A stretch of 64,000 bases of DNA, taken from an uncultured Bacteroidales bacterium (GTDB lineage Bacteria > Bacteroidota > Bacteroidia > Bacteroidales > VadinHA17). This document shows, one piece after another, positions 50,015 through 59,895 of the stretch (position 1 is its first letter; each line of letters starts with the position of its first letter). Location: NCBI GenBank assembly GCA_963831935.1, contig CAWHSH010000014.1:192353-256352 (forward strand), in the 5' to 3' direction. The notes beneath the pieces were generated by a model. That model was given only the letters and a program-made list of their open reading frames with translations. It was not told where the DNA came from and made no database searches. Position numbers and translations under genes: made by a program.

Positions 50015-50099
50015 TTGTATCTGACCGTTGCTTCAACCGCGATGACCGGATGATCGCGATGCATCGCGATTTTACAATACCAGTTTGTATCCAAAACCC

Positions 50100-51287
50100 T
50101 TATTCAAGTATTTGAGTTACCGCTCCGGCTCCAACAGTCCTTCCGCCTTCACGTATAGCAAAACGAAGTCCTACATTTATTGCGACCGGGTAAATAAGAT
50201 CAACAGTAATAGTCACGTTATCGCCGGGCATCACCATTTCAGTTCCTTCAGGAAGAGTTATCTCTCCGGTAATATCGAGTGTCCTGACATAGAATTGCGG
50301 ACGATATTTATTATGGAATGGAGTATGACGTCCACCTTCTTCTTTTTTAAGAACGTAAATCTCAGCCTTCAGTTTGGTATGAGGTGTAATTGAACCTGGT
50401 TTTGCAAGAACCATACCTCTTTTGATCTCCTTCTTATCAACGCCACGAAGAAGAAGTCCGACGTTATCGCCAGCTTCTCCCCTGTCGAGTATCTTGCGGA
50501 ACATTTCAACACCTGTACAAACTGTTTTACGTTTTTCAGCACCAAGACCTATCATTTCGAGTTCATCGCTTGTAACAACAACACCTGTTTCAATACGGCC
50601 TGTTGCAACTGTACCACGTCCGGTGATTGAGAATACATCCTCAACCGGCATAAGAAATGGTTTCTCATTTTCGCGTTTAGGAATCGGGATATAAGAATCA
50701 ACTGCATCCATGAGTTCCATAACTTTTTCTTCCCATTTGGCTTCACCGTGCATGGCACCAAGAGCAGAGCCACGTATGACTGGAGCATTGTCGCCATCGA
50801 ATTCGTAGAAGTTGAGCAGATCGCGTACTTCCATTTCAACCAGATCAAGAAGTTCTTCATCGTCAACCAGGTCAACCTTATTCATAAAAACGAGCACTTT
50901 GGGAACGTTAACCTGGTGTGCAAGAAGTATATGTTCACGTGTTTGCGGCATTGGACCATCATCAGCGGCAACTACAAGTATTGCTCCGTCCATCTGTGCG
51001 GCACCTGTAACCATATTTTTAATATAGTCAGCGTGACCGGGACAGTCGACGTGCGCATAGTGGCGTGTTGCAGTCTGATATTCAACGTGCGCAGTATTAA
51101 TGGTAATACCTCTTTCCTTTTCCTCAGGAGCATTATCAATTGAGTCAAAATCCCTGATTTCAGAAAGACCTTTTTTATGAAGAACCATTGTGATCGCTGC
51201 TGTAAGAGTGGTCTTACCATGGTCAACGTGACCGATGGTGCCAATATTTACGTGCGGTTTCGATCTGTCAAATTTTTCTTTTGCCAT
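50100..51287 (-). CDS. tuf: Elongation factor Tu
   Basis: Intact 395-aa ORF ([19 protein letters not shown]). Confidence 0.98.
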   Translation of the reverse strand: MAKEKFDRSKPHVNIGTIGHVDHGKTTLTAAITMVLHKKGLSEIRDFDSIDNAPEEKERGITINTAHVEYQTATRHYAHVDCPGHADYIKNMVTGAAQMDGAILVVAADDGPMPQTREHILLAHQVNVPKVLVFMNKVDLVDDEELLDLVEMEVRDLLNFYEFDGDNAPVIRGSALGAMHGEAKWEEKVMELMDAVDSYIPIPKRENEKPFLMPVEDVFSITGRGTVATGRIETGVVVTSDELEMIGLGAEKRKTVCTGVEMFRKILDRGEAGDNVGLLLRGVDKKEIKRGMVLAKPGSITPHTKLKAEIYVLKKEEGGRHTPFHNKYRPQFYVRTLDITGEITLPEGTEMVMPGDNVTITVDLIYPVAINVGLRFAIREGGRTVGAGAVTQILE

Positions 51288-51348
51288 AACTCCAAGCGTA
51301 TTAAATTTAAGTATATTTATTTCAGTATTAAAATCATTTTTCCCGATG

Positions 51349-51420
51349 AGCCGGAGGGGGGAATTGAACCCCCGACCCCTTCCTTACCAAGGAAGTGCTC
51401 TACCCCTGAGCTACTCTGGC
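51349..51420 (-). tRNA. tRNA-Thr (anticodon GGT)
   Basis: GCCAGAG-TA-GCTC-AGGGGTA-GAGC-A-CTTCC-TTGGTAA-GGAAG-...GGGGG-TTCAATT-CCCCC-CTCCGGC-T. A4:C69 mismatch. Confidence 0.85.
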
Positions 51421-51431
51421 ATCAAAAAGTG

Positions 51432-51504
51432 AGCGGGAGACGGAGCTCGAATCCGCGACCCTTAGCTTGGAAGGCTAATGCTCTACCAACTGAGCTACTC
51501 CCGC
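51432..51504 (-). tRNA. tRNA-Gly (anticodon TCC)
   Basis: GCGGGAG...TTAGC-CTTCCAA-GCTAA...GCGGA-TTCGAGC-TCCGT-CTCCCGC-T. Confidence 0.9.
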
Positions 51505-51574
51505 CTTATATCATCCAAAGAGGTCCGTCCCAGCATCTTCAACCCTTTCAGGATTACGGCTCAGCCCCGTTCAG

Positions 51575-51657
51575 TGGGGAGAGCAGGATTCGAACCTACG
51601 AAGGCATTCGCCAGCAGATTTACAGTCTGCCCCAGTTGGCCGCTTTGGTATCTCCCC
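51575..51657 (-). tRNA. tRNA-Tyr (anticodon GTA), long variable arm
   Basis: GGGGAGA...GCAGA-CTGTAAA-TCTGC-TGGCGAATGCCTTC-GTAGG-TTCGAAT-CCTGC-TCTCCCC-A. Confidence 0.9.
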
Positions 51658-51706
51658 TTGAAACAGAGTTTATCCCCCTATGACACACATTTACAACTCT
51701 TTCAAG

Positions 51707-51780
51707 AGCCGATGAAGGGATTCGAACCCCCGACCTGCAGATTACAAATCAGCTGCTCTGACCAACTGAGCTACATCGGC
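51707..51780 (-). tRNA. tRNA-Thr (anticodon TGT)
   Basis: GCCGATG-TA-GCTC..GAGC-A-GCTGA-TTTGTAA-TCTGC-...GGGGG-TTCGAAT-CCCTT-CATCGGC-T. One U:U mismatch in the anticodon stem. Confidence 0.8.
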
Positions 51781-51830
51781 AATTTAAAGAACGTCCCGAC
51801 AGGGCATTATACCCCCAAAAAATCGGTCTG

Positions 51831-51862
51831 CAAATGTATTAATTAAAATTCCATTTATCAAA
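51831..51862 (-). promoter_or_regulatory. Candidate Bacteroidota promoter for the tRNA-tuf unit (-33 TTTG, 20-nt spacer, -7 TACATTTG)
   Basis: Minus-strand reading ttttgataaatggaattttaattaaTACATTTG, ~50 nt upstream of tRNA-Thr(TGT). Matches the TTTG / TAnnTTTG consensus known for Bacteroides. Confidence 0.35.
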
Positions 51863-51893
51863 ATAATTCAAATTATTTTTGCCGGGCTGTTTA

Positions 51894-52193
51894 TCAGGCC
51901 CTTCTTTTCTTCTGCTTGTGCTTGGTAATCTGCTTTTTAAGAGCATCACAAGCCAGGTCTGTAGCCTCCTCAAATGTCTTGCTTTGTTTCCTTGCAAACA
52001 AAGGTGCTCCTCTCAATTCCAGCTTGATTTCGCTTATTTTGTTCTCACGGTCCTGATCCTTATCAAGCCTCAGGTACACTTCAGCATTTACAATCCCGTC
52101 ACCAATCTGTGTAAGTTTATCCAGTCTCTGATGAACAAAGTCAATTAGCTTCTTATCGGCATCAAACCGTACTGAGTGAATCTGAATGTTCAT
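51894..52193 (-). CDS. hpf: Ribosome hibernation promoting factor (HPF/RaiA family)
   Basis: Intact 99-aa ORF (MNIQIHSVRFDADKKLIDFVHQRLDKL...). Confidence 0.85.
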   Translation of the reverse strand: MNIQIHSVRFDADKKLIDFVHQRLDKLTQIGDGIVNAEVYLRLDKDQDRENKISEIKLELRGAPLFARKQSKTFEEATDLACDALKKQITKHKQKKRRA

Positions 52194-52223
52194 AGTAGTA
52201 CCTCCTGTTTATTTGATTAATAT

Positions 52224-53112
52224 TTAAGCTCTTGGATGAGCCTGTTTATATATTCTCCTAAGCTTTTCAAATGAATTATGTGTATATATCTGCGTTGCTG
52301 AAAGACTGGCATGACCTAAAAATTCCTTTATCGAGTTCAGGTCAGCTCCATGGTTCAACATATGTGTGGCAAAGGTATGCCTCAGAACATGGGGGCTTCT
52401 CTTATCTATTGTTGTTACCATTGTCAGATAGCTCCTTACAATATTATAAACATATTTATCGTATAACTTGTTCCCTTTGTTACTGACAAAAAACCAGTTA
52501 GTTCCAATGACAGGGAAAGCTTCATTCCGGACCCTGATATATTCCTCAATTTCTGCCGTGAAAGGTTTCAAAAGCGGGATTATCCGCTGCTTGTTCCTTT
52601 TACCCGTAACCTTCACTGTTGCACTTTCAATATCAACATCAATATCCCTCAGTCCGGTCAGTTCCGCCCTCCTCATCCCGGTGAGGTAAAGCATTTCCAC
52701 TATTAACCTGTTCCTGATCCCTTTGAAATCCCGCTCCGAAATCGTAATCATCCAGAAGCTTGTCAAGCGAATCCTCATCAACAAAAACCGGCAGTTTCTT
52801 TTTCATTTTCGGAAGGACAACCTTTTCAAGAGGATCAGCTTTCGTAAATCCTTCCTTTCGAAGGTACCGGTAAAACACCCTGAGACAGGAAACCTTGCGG
52901 TGAACGGTCACAGACGTATACCCGTTCTCCAAAAGTGATACGATCCATGACCTGATATCGTGCGAAGTAATACTTTCAGGACTGCAGGGCAGTTCCCGGG
53001 TATTTAGATATTTATCAAACTGATCCAGATCGTTTAAGTAAGATCTTACAGTAAGCGGGGAATAACGCTTTTCGATTTGCAGATACTGTAAGAATGATTC
53101 CTTATGATCCAT
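52224..53112 (-). CDS. Tyrosine recombinase, XerC/XerD-like (housekeeping context); 1-2 frame changes
   Basis: ORFs 52639..53112 (SAM-like N-domain: YLQIEKRYSPLTVRSYLNDL) and 52224..52784 (catalytic: ...GMRRAEL..., HVLRHTFATH, ...TQIYTH). Confidence 0.8.
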
Positions 53113-53165
53113 AAAGGAACCTCCTTATCTGTTATTGTTATAGATTAAAAATGCAGGCGGCGTTT

Positions 53166-53357
53166 TTATTCCTCGCTTTCCTGCATCTTCTGAACGTACT
53201 TAGCCTTCTTGATTTCTTCTCTCCGGCGTACTGAAGGCTTAACAAAAGCCTGCCGTGAACGCAATTCACGGATTACTCCAGTCTTTTCAAATTTTCTTTT
53301 GAACTTTTTTAAAGCTCTTTCAATGTTTTCGCCTTCTTTTAATGGTACAATGATCAT
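53166..53357 (-). CDS. rpsU: 30S ribosomal protein S21
   Basis: Intact 63-aa ORF (MIIVPLKEGENIERALKKFKRKFEKTGV...). Confidence 0.95.
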   Translation of the reverse strand: MIIVPLKEGENIERALKKFKRKFEKTGVIRELRSRQAFVKPSVRRREEIKKAKYVQKMQESEE

Positions 53358-53387
53358 AACTATAGATTCAATTTTTAAACGAGGCGC

Positions 53388-53418
53388 AAAGTTAAAAATA
53401 GAAAAGGTTTTTTCAAAA
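53388..53418 (-). promoter_or_regulatory. Candidate Bacteroidota promoter for rpsU (-33 TTTG, 19-nt spacer, -7 TAACTTTG)
   Basis: Minus-strand reading TTTGaaaaaaccttttctattttTAACTTTG. The -7 box ends 30 nt before the rpsU ATG. Confidence 0.4.
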
Positions 53419-53585
53419 TTTTAAGGTAATAATTTATTCATCTCAGTTTATTTATAAGAAATTAATATTTGCAGGACGCACATTTTATGGATGCAGATAT
53501 TCATCATAATCAGATTTAATAAAGTTACAGCTTTTTTAAATTGTATCAAAATAATGGATGTTAAATGTTGGTTAAAATGTTTAGT

Positions 53586-53613
53586 TCCCCCTTTGAAGGG
53601 GGTCAGGGGAATG
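53586..53613. repeat. GC-rich hairpin TCCCCCTTTGAAGGGGGTCAGGGGAATG
   Basis: Read directly. Near-identical copy at 53709..53736. Confidence 0.8.
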
Positions 53614-53708
53614 TAATGACGACTTAAAGACTATTTGTGCAAAGGACTAAAACATATAATTTGGTAATTAAGAAACCTTCATCAATCAAGGAGGATGTCA
53701 ATCTAAAA

Positions 53709-53736
53709 TCCCCCTTTGAAGGGGGTAAGGGGGATG
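53709..53736. repeat. GC-rich hairpin TCCCCCTTTGAAGGGGGTAAGGGGGATG
   Basis: Read directly. Lies just 3' of the DUF559 remnant. Confidence 0.8.
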
Positions 53737-53767
53737 TTCTTTTTTTTGTAATTTATTTTTCTTCTTT

Positions 53768-54144
53768 TCAATACTCCGAAATGACAATCTGCAAACTCCT
53801 CAAGACATCATTCATGAACTTTTTAACATCTGCATCGGTGAATTTTATAACCGTTGATCCCCAGAACTCTCTATTCGTCGCTGTCTTATTGCATCTGTTT
53901 CAAAATTATAATCATGGAGTATATCCGTCAATTTCAATTGCCAGATCGCAATTCATGGCAGTAAAAATCGAGGATATAAACTCATCAACCGGAACCTGTC
54001 TGTGAAAATTCATAACCTTCAGAACTCTCGCGAAGATGCTTCCAGAGCAGGATTTCAGGTACGGTGATTTTTTGCCGTAATTTCCTGGCCTTTAATTTCG
54101 GATAGGGTAAAACTGGCACCGAGATTCAGTTTACTTTCAATCAT
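53768..54144 (-). pseudogene. DUF559 (Vsr-like endonuclease domain) gene remnant; about 5 frame changes or stops in 377 nt
   Basis: Shifted frames give MIESKLNLGASF..., ..PEILLWKHLRESSEGYEF.., ..ILDFYCHEL.., ..LAIEIDGYT.., ..HDYNFETDAIRQRRIES.., ..VIKFTDADVKKFMNDVLRSLQIVISEY*. This matches the DUF559 pattern (ILDFYC...IE.DG..H...D..R...L...G..V.RF). Confidence 0.65.
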
Positions 54145-54200
54145 CCTTCTGAAATAAACCATACCTCCAAAGCTTTACCTTTTACCTGACTTCCGCTCCA

Positions 54201-54233
54201 TCCCCCTTGGGGGAAGGCCAGGGAAGGGGGAAT
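54201..54233. repeat. GC-rich hairpin TCCCCCTTGGGGGAAGGCCAGGGAAGGGGGAAT
   Basis: Read directly. Lies just 5' of the DUF559 remnant. Related to the 12256..12279 copy (tcccccttgggggatttaggggta). Confidence 0.75.
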
Positions 54234-54246
54234 CATTCCCACTTAA

Positions 54247-54897
54247 TTACTCATCGAAATCGAGATACGCCCTGATTTTTTTAAGTGTTTCCGTTGAAAT
54301 GAGGTTATTTCCGGTAAGATCACCGATGCCTGTTATTTTCCCTTGTAACTCCCTGTACTTCAGTATTCCGGATACTTCTTCCCGCTTAAAATAGGGATGC
54401 CTTATCAGCTCCCTGTATTCGGCTTTGTTAATCTTTATCTTCCGTATTAAAAGTGAGTCTGCGTAAACCCTTGACGAAATCATGTCAAATGTTTCTTCTT
54501 TAAGTCCATATACCTCCTTAAGCTGATCCACTGAAACAAAGCCACCGATAAGGTTCCTGTATTTTATTATACGTATTGAAAGCACCGGACCGATTCCAGG
54601 CAGACGGACAAGGGCTGCAGAATCGGATGAATTAATTTCAAGCCGGAATTTCCTCTGCCTGGGAGGTTTAACTTCATTCTGCCTTATGATCTCCATCGTA
54701 TCTTCTTCTACATCGACACTCTCCTCAGAATATACAAGAAGATCAGGAGGAATATCCTTAACAGGATTAACAGGGGTCGGAAAAAGGTATCTTACACCAA
54801 TAACAGTTATAATAATAACGAGCAGAATGAATGTCGATCTCCTTTCCCTTCTGCTATATCCGAACCAGTTTCTGAAGGATTCCCTGAAAGAATTCAT
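54247..54897 (-). CDS. ComEA-family helix-hairpin-helix DNA-binding protein
   Basis: N-terminal TM helix, then two HhH modules (LVRLPGIGPVLSIRIIKYR..., ...GILKYRELQGKITGIGDL). ATG MNSFRESF at 54897 preferred over the longer listed ORF. Confidence 0.7.
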   Translation of the reverse strand: MNSFRESFRNWFGYSRRERRSTFILLVIIITVIGVRYLFPTPVNPVKDIPPDLLVYSEESVDVEEDTMEIIRQNEVKPPRQRKFRLEINSSDSAALVRLPGIGPVLSIRIIKYRNLIGGFVSVDQLKEVYGLKEETFDMISSRVYADSLLIRKIKINKAEYRELIRHPYFKREEVSGILKYRELQGKITGIGDLTGNNLISTETLKKIRAYLDFDE

Positions 54898-54997
54898 AAT
54901 AACGAAAAAACTGCAGTAAGACTGAATGCAATTTAGCAATTTTCAGCTGCAGTTTAAAGCAAACCAGGAAATATTTGAAGACAATGGGTCGTGTTTG

Positions 54998-57340
54998 TCA
55001 GAATGGATAGCCTATGCCCAGAACAATAGCGAAATCGTCCCTGAAAGTATATCGTTCGCTCATAAATATCCATTTTGACCCGGAGGATATCGCCGGATCG
55101 CGCAGTTTCATGCCAAGATCAACCCTTCCTATTACGAACTTGAAATCAAACCTGAGACCTGTTCCCGTACCAACGGCAATATCACGGTAAAAGCTACTGA
55201 ATTTGAATTCAGAACCGGGCCGGGAATTGTCTTTGTTAAAAGTCCAGATATTGCCGGCATCGAGGAAAACAGCTCCCTCAAGTATCCAGAACAATTTGAA
55301 ACGGTACTCGGCATTGGCCTCCAGTTTAATATCCGCTGTCTGGTTGATGAATGATGTATCCGGAGAAGCATAGGAACCCGGCCCCAGGGTCCGTACCTGC
55401 CAGGCTCTGATCCCATTGGCACCTCCTCCGAAATACTGTTTTTCAAAAGGGATGGCTTTTGAATTCCCGTATGGTATCCCCAGCCCGATGAATCCCCTGT
55501 AAACGGCAGAGCTAACGTCGTTTAGAATAATATTATATCGCAGGTCGAGATCAGTACGTACATATTGTGCAAAAGGTTGTCTGAATATGTTGTAGCTGCC
55601 CTGGTTTTTTTTCAGTCCTGCGATTTTACTGATCAGCGAAAGCATATTTCCCGAAACTTCGGCGTTAAAGCGCAGGAACCAATAGTCTCTTGATTTCTGA
55701 ATTTTTTGATTGTTAAAAATAAAAGAATAGTTGCCGCCCAGGATCATAACGTCCCTGTAACTGTACGACAGGTAAGAGGAAGAATCAATCCATGCTTTAA
55801 AGGCCGGATCAATGCTGTCGAGTTTGATCAGGTTAAGCTGAACCGGATTTACTATATGTGTTTGATAGTTATGCGCCATCCAGCTATATCCGAAAGTGGC
55901 ATTGGCCATTCTTCTTCTGTAAAATACCATGTCCTGGTAGTTATATGCTGCAAGCAATGTAGTTGACGGATTATAGTTCTTGACAAATCCCTCCTTTTTC
56001 AAAAAGGGCAACAGGAATTTAGGAAGTCTCAGGCTTGTTTCGAATCCATACTCCTGTGTACCCTGAAGTTTTGTATTCTTCTGTGTAACAGCTTCGAACG
56101 CTCCTTTAAGCTTTATATTGAACTGTTCGGCGCCGTGAAACAGGTTCTTATGCTGATAAATAAGGTTAAGTGCACCTCCCAGGTTACCCGCAGTATTAGT
56201 GCCTTCAACTTCAACATTGAACGATTGCTGACTTAACAATGTGAGCTGAATATGACAATTAAGGTACATCTCCGAATCCGGGTTCCCTTCAGGAGGTGTG
56301 GTGTCATCAAAAAAAATGTTTACCAGGCGGTAGGCCTTTAATGTCATCAGATGGCTCTGGGTCTGCTCGGTGTTCGTAACATTATATATCGAACCGGGCT
56401 TAAGGTAAAGAGACTGGATAATAAGCTCATATTTCAGCTGGGGTTTTTCCCTTCGCGAAACAAAATAATAACCGTTATAATTCACTGTGTCAAGGCTCTT
56501 CAGATATTCCGCCCCACCCTCAAGGACATCCTTCGGGATAAAATCAGGATAAATGAAAATATTTTTTATTCTGTAAATAGCATGAGGTGCATAAACTATC
56601 CTGTTATATTGGTCAATCCTGGTTGCCTGTTTAATTTCGTAATAAATATTTACCTGCCTGTTGTCAATAGTGCTATCGACATTGAATGAAATATAGTCTC
56701 CCGAAAAGCCGTAGAATCCTCGGTCTTTGATGAACCGTTCAAAGCGTTTCCGTTCGGCCTGAAGGACATCAACATCATAAGGCTTTCCTCTTTCAATCAG
56801 ACAATTGACAGAATCGAAGTAAAAAAGCTTTGCAATTGAAGTGTCAGCAATCTGATAGTAAAGATTGCGGATGGTATAAGGTGACTTAAGACTGACATTG
56901 TAGAAAACATCTGTTTTCCTTTTTACAGTTCTTGTGGAATCCGATACATTACTGTCGAAGTATCCCTTCGAAGCAACATATGATTGCAGCTCCTCCTTGC
57001 TTTTCTCCGTAGAGTAAGGATCATAGATCACAGGTGCTTCGCCGATATTCCTAAGCCACGAATGCGGCCATTTTTCCTTATTAATGTTTGAGAGGTTATA
57101 TAATCCAAGGTAAAATCTTGCACCAAAAATCTTCTTATTTGGTTTTTGCTTTATATATGGGGTCAGTTCAGTCTTGGTTACACCTTCCCTGTTGACCTCA
57201 ATATAGTTCTTATTCAGAAGGGTTTCCCCGGCAGGAACATATTTGGTCGGATTGCAGGAATAAATAACCGGAATTATACAAAGCAGAATGAGGTATATCC
57301 AGGGGAAAATATTTTTTTTATTTGAGCTGCTTTTTTTCAA
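54998..57340 (-). CDS. BamA/TamA-family (Omp85, surface antigen D15) outer-membrane protein
   Basis: Intact ~780-800-aa ORF ending in an aromatic beta-barrel terminus (..IVLGIGYPF). Probable TTG start giving a lipoprotein-like MKKSSSNKKNIFPWIYLILLCIIPVIYSC. The listed ORF begins at 57400. Confidence 0.7.
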   Translation of the reverse strand: MKKSSSNKKNIFPWIYLILLCIIPVIYSCNPTKYVPAGETLLNKNYIEVNREGVTKTELTPYIKQKPNKKIFGARFYLGLYNLSNINKEKWPHSWLRNIGEAPVIYDPYSTEKSKEELQSYVASKGYFDSNVSDSTRTVKRKTDVFYNVSLKSPYTIRNLYYQIADTSIAKLFYFDSVNCLIERGKPYDVDVLQAERKRFERFIKDRGFYGFSGDYISFNVDSTIDNRQVNIYYEIKQATRIDQYNRIVYAPHAIYRIKNIFIYPDFIPKDVLEGGAEYLKSLDTVNYNGYYFVSRREKPQLKYELIIQSLYLKPGSIYNVTNTEQTQSHLMTLKAYRLVNIFFDDTTPPEGNPDSEMYLNCHIQLTLLSQQSFNVEVEGTNTAGNLGGALNLIYQHKNLFHGAEQFNIKLKGAFEAVTQKNTKLQGTQEYGFETSLRLPKFLLPFLKKEGFVKNYNPSTTLLAAYNYQDMVFYRRRMANATFGYSWMAHNYQTHIVNPVQLNLIKLDSIDPAFKAWIDSSSYLSYSYRDVMILGGNYSFIFNNQKIQKSRDYWFLRFNAEVSGNMLSLISKIAGLKKNQGSYNIFRQPFAQYVRTDLDLRYNIILNDVSSAVYRGFIGLGIPYGNSKAIPFEKQYFGGGANGIRAWQVRTLGPGSYASPDTSFINQTADIKLEANAEYRFKLFWILEGAVFLDAGNIWTFNKDNSRPGSEFKFSSFYRDIAVGTGTGLRFDFKFVIGRVDLGMKLRDPAISSGSKWIFMSERYTFRDDFAIVLGIGYPF

Positions 57341-57461
57341 AATTTGTACATGAGCATGAAGCAAATATATCAATAATAAAAAACAACTTTCGTCCGACAA
57401 AGGCTTAATTAACCTAATTGTTATATTTTTAAGATACTTTGTATACCATTAATCCAAAGAT

Positions 57462-58487
57462 ATGATCAGTAAAAACAAGATAAAATTCATTCTTTCCCTT
57501 CAGAAAAAGAAAATCAGGGATGAGCAACGTCTCTATGTGATTGAAGGAGATAAGCTAGTCAGGGAATACATTAAGGCCGGAATAAAACTGCAGCTTCTTG
57601 CGGCGAAACCTGAATTTATAAATAGCCTGCCGTCGAATCAAAAAGATTATATTGAAGAAACCGAAACGGCTAGTTATGACGACCTTAAGCAAATGAGCAC
57701 ACTCAAGACGCCGCATAATGCGCTTGCAGTTGTCAGAATGCCTGGTGCAGACATCAATTTGCAGGAAGTATATAAAGAATTGGCGGTTGCCCTCGACTTT
57801 GTCCAGGACCCGGGGAATTTTGGGACAATAATCAGAACGGCTGCATGGTTCGGTATCAGGTATATTTTCTGCTCTGAAAACTGTGTCGATGTTTACAATC
57901 CGAAAGTAGTCCAGGCATCAATGGGAGCAATCCTGCATGTAAGAGTGAATTACTGTGATCTTAGGCAGTTTCTTGGTGAGGCACGCAAAAAAAAGGTTCC
58001 GGTTTATGGGACATTGCTTGACGGGGAATCAATCTATTCCAGCAGGGCCGGAAAAAAAGGTATTATTCTTCTTGGAAATGAATCTAAAGGTATTTCAACT
58101 GATCTTATGCCGTATGTCACTAAAAAGCTCGTAATCCCAAAATTCACGTCTGCGACTATTGGTATCGAGTCGCTCAATGTCGGAATGGCAGCCTCAATAG
58201 TCTTCTCTGAGTTTGCAAGAAAGAACAGGCAGACGCTGACAGTTCCGGATCGGGGACACATCCTGTTCATCAGGAATGATCTGAAAATGAGGGCAGGAGA
58301 TCAGGGGTTAATATCAGGACGGAAAGAAGCTATTCGGGATTTATTTTCCGGGCAATTGCTTCAGCAACCTTCATTCCATCCACTGCCGAAGATACAATTC
58401 CGCCGGTATATCCGGAACCTTCTCCTGACGGGTAAAGTCCTGCAATACTCACATGTTCCAGAGTATCAGGATTCCTTGGAATCCTGA
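57462..58487 (+). CDS. TrmH/SpoU-family RNA 2'-O-methyltransferase; the last ~80 codons are probably read-through
   Basis: SpoU substrate-binding and methylase domains (..LDFVQDPGNFGTIIRTA.., ..LLGNESKGIS.., ..ESLNVGMAASIVFSEF). After ~58235 the ORF has no family-like sequence and overlaps the convergent gene by 158 nt. Confidence 0.75.
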   Translation: MISKNKIKFILSLQKKKIRDEQRLYVIEGDKLVREYIKAGIKLQLLAAKPEFINSLPSNQKDYIEETETASYDDLKQMSTLKTPHNALAVVRMPGADINLQEVYKELAVALDFVQDPGNFGTIIRTAAWFGIRYIFCSENCVDVYNPKVVQASMGAILHVRVNYCDLRQFLGEARKKKVPVYGTLLDGESIYSSRAGKKGIILLGNESKGISTDLMPYVTKKLVIPKFTSATIGIESLNVGMAASIVFSEFARKNRQTLTVPDRGHILFIRNDLKMRAGDQGLISGRKEAIRDLFSGQLLQQPSFHPLPKIQFRRYIRNLLLTGKVLQYSHVPEYQDSLES

Positions 58488-59893
58488 CAGGTGAGGATGT
58501 CCTGGATTCGACTCCCAGTATGACAGCTTCGTTTGTCAAAAACCCTTTCATTACAGAACCAATCAGCCTGAAACCCTCCCGGAGCCTTTTACCAATCATC
58601 CCGGGAAGCCATTCATGCAATGGCGAGAGAAGTAATCCCGGGGAAATATGACGATTTTGGCAGCGATGAAGAACTTACCCCCGAGACAAAATCTGCAAGC
58701 CTCTGGGCAGGAGCACTCTGCGTTCTTCCGCCCTGCTGCCAGGCTTTATGTTCCAATGCTTTCTGGAACTCCAGTCCCGCAAGTTCGTTAAATTCCGAAT
58801 AGTCTTTCAGATCGTCAGGCCTTATTTCAACAACAATTCCGGAATTGGCATAAGGTGAATTTCTTCCCGACGGTGACATTCCGTTAACCACCACCTCTTC
58901 CTGTGAAGTAGCTGACGGGACTATGAATCCTCCGGGACACATGCAAAATGAATAAACCCCTCTCCCGTCGACCTGCTTCACAAGATTATAGGAAGCAGCC
59001 GGAAGGTACGGACTCCTGGTATTCCCATGGTATTGCATCCGGTCAATCAAATCCTGGGCATGTTCAACCCTTACACCGGCAGCAAACGATTTAATCTCAA
59101 GGCTGATGCCCCGTCTTTTGCAAATCTCGTAAATGTCACGTGCCGAATGGCCTGTTGCAAGAATCACACAGGATGAAATGAACTTTTCGTTTTCAGATGT
59201 GACAACACCTTTAACAGAATTGTTCTCAATAATAAGGTCAGTGACCTTTTTCTCCGGCAGAAACAGTCCCCCGGCCTCAAGAATCGACTTTCTGATCCTG
59301 GTTATGATCCCGGGCAATTTATCTGTACCCAGATGGGGATGTGCTTCATAAAGAATATTCTCATTTGCACCATGAAGGCAAAGCAGCTCAAGCACTCTGC
59401 GGTTATCCCCTCTTTTTTTCGAACGTGTGTAAAGCTTACCATCGGAGAAGGTCCCCGCTCCGCCCTCACCGAAACAATAATTACTGTCGGGATCAACATG
59501 ATGTTCACGGCCGATACGTGCTATATCCCTTTTACGTGAAGAGACATCCTTACCCCGCTCAATTATTACAGGCCTCAAACCAAGTTCGGTCAGTCTGAGA
59601 GCAGCAAATAAACCTGCAGGTCCTGCCCCCACTATTATTATTTCTTTTTTCCCGGAAACATTTTCAGGATTGAATGGTTTAACTGCCGGAATAAAAGACT
59701 CCTCTCCGGTCAGTATCTCAATTATAAGGTTAATACGAATATTTTGCTTCCGGGCATCGACCGATCTTCTTATTATCCTGAAATCTTTAATATCTGATAC
59801 AGCTACTCCGGCCTGATGACCGGCAATTCTGCGGATCAGATTATCATCGGAAGCTTCTGCAGGATCAAGGTTAAGCTGAACCTGTTTTACCAT
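58330..59893 (-). CDS. FAD-dependent oxidoreductase (COG2509-type); 1 frame change near 58615
   Basis: ORFs 58613..59893 (IIIVGAGPAGLFAAL...GEGGAGTFSDGKLYTR..) and 58330..58620 (..GLYPSGEGSGYTGGIVSSAVDG..). Confidence 0.8.
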
Positions 59894-59895
59894 TC

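Noticed and set aside
49920-50036. The 102-aa version of the secE ORF starting at 50036.
   Set aside because: The N-terminal extension translates through tRNA-Trp. The internal start at 49919 gives a normal ~63-aa SecE.
51349-51780. Single mismatches in tRNA stems (A4:C69 in Thr-GGT, U:U in the Thr-TGT anticodon stem, U6:U67 in Trp) as signs of tRNA pseudogenes.
   Set aside because: The cloverleaves are otherwise canonical and lie in the conserved tuf-associated cluster. Given the evident assembly error rate, I did not read these as biological.
51177-51846. ORFs 51177..51683, 51235..51432 and 51478..51846 as coding genes.
   Set aside because: They run across four tRNA genes and the tuf 5' end on the opposite strand, so they are artefactual.
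52224-53112. A tyrosine recombinase could mark an integrated mobile element.
   Set aside because: It sits in the conserved Bacteroidota rpsU / recombinase / hpf / tRNA / tuf arrangement. There are no flanking direct repeats, cargo genes or an att-like tRNA truncation. I treat it as a housekeeping Xer-like recombinase.
53637-54005. Plus-strand 122-aa ORF in the rpsU-comEA spacer.
   Set aside because: It reads through a GC-rich hairpin repeat (the SPFEGGKGDV peptide is repeat-encoded) and is antisense to the DUF559 remnant, which has real family signatures.
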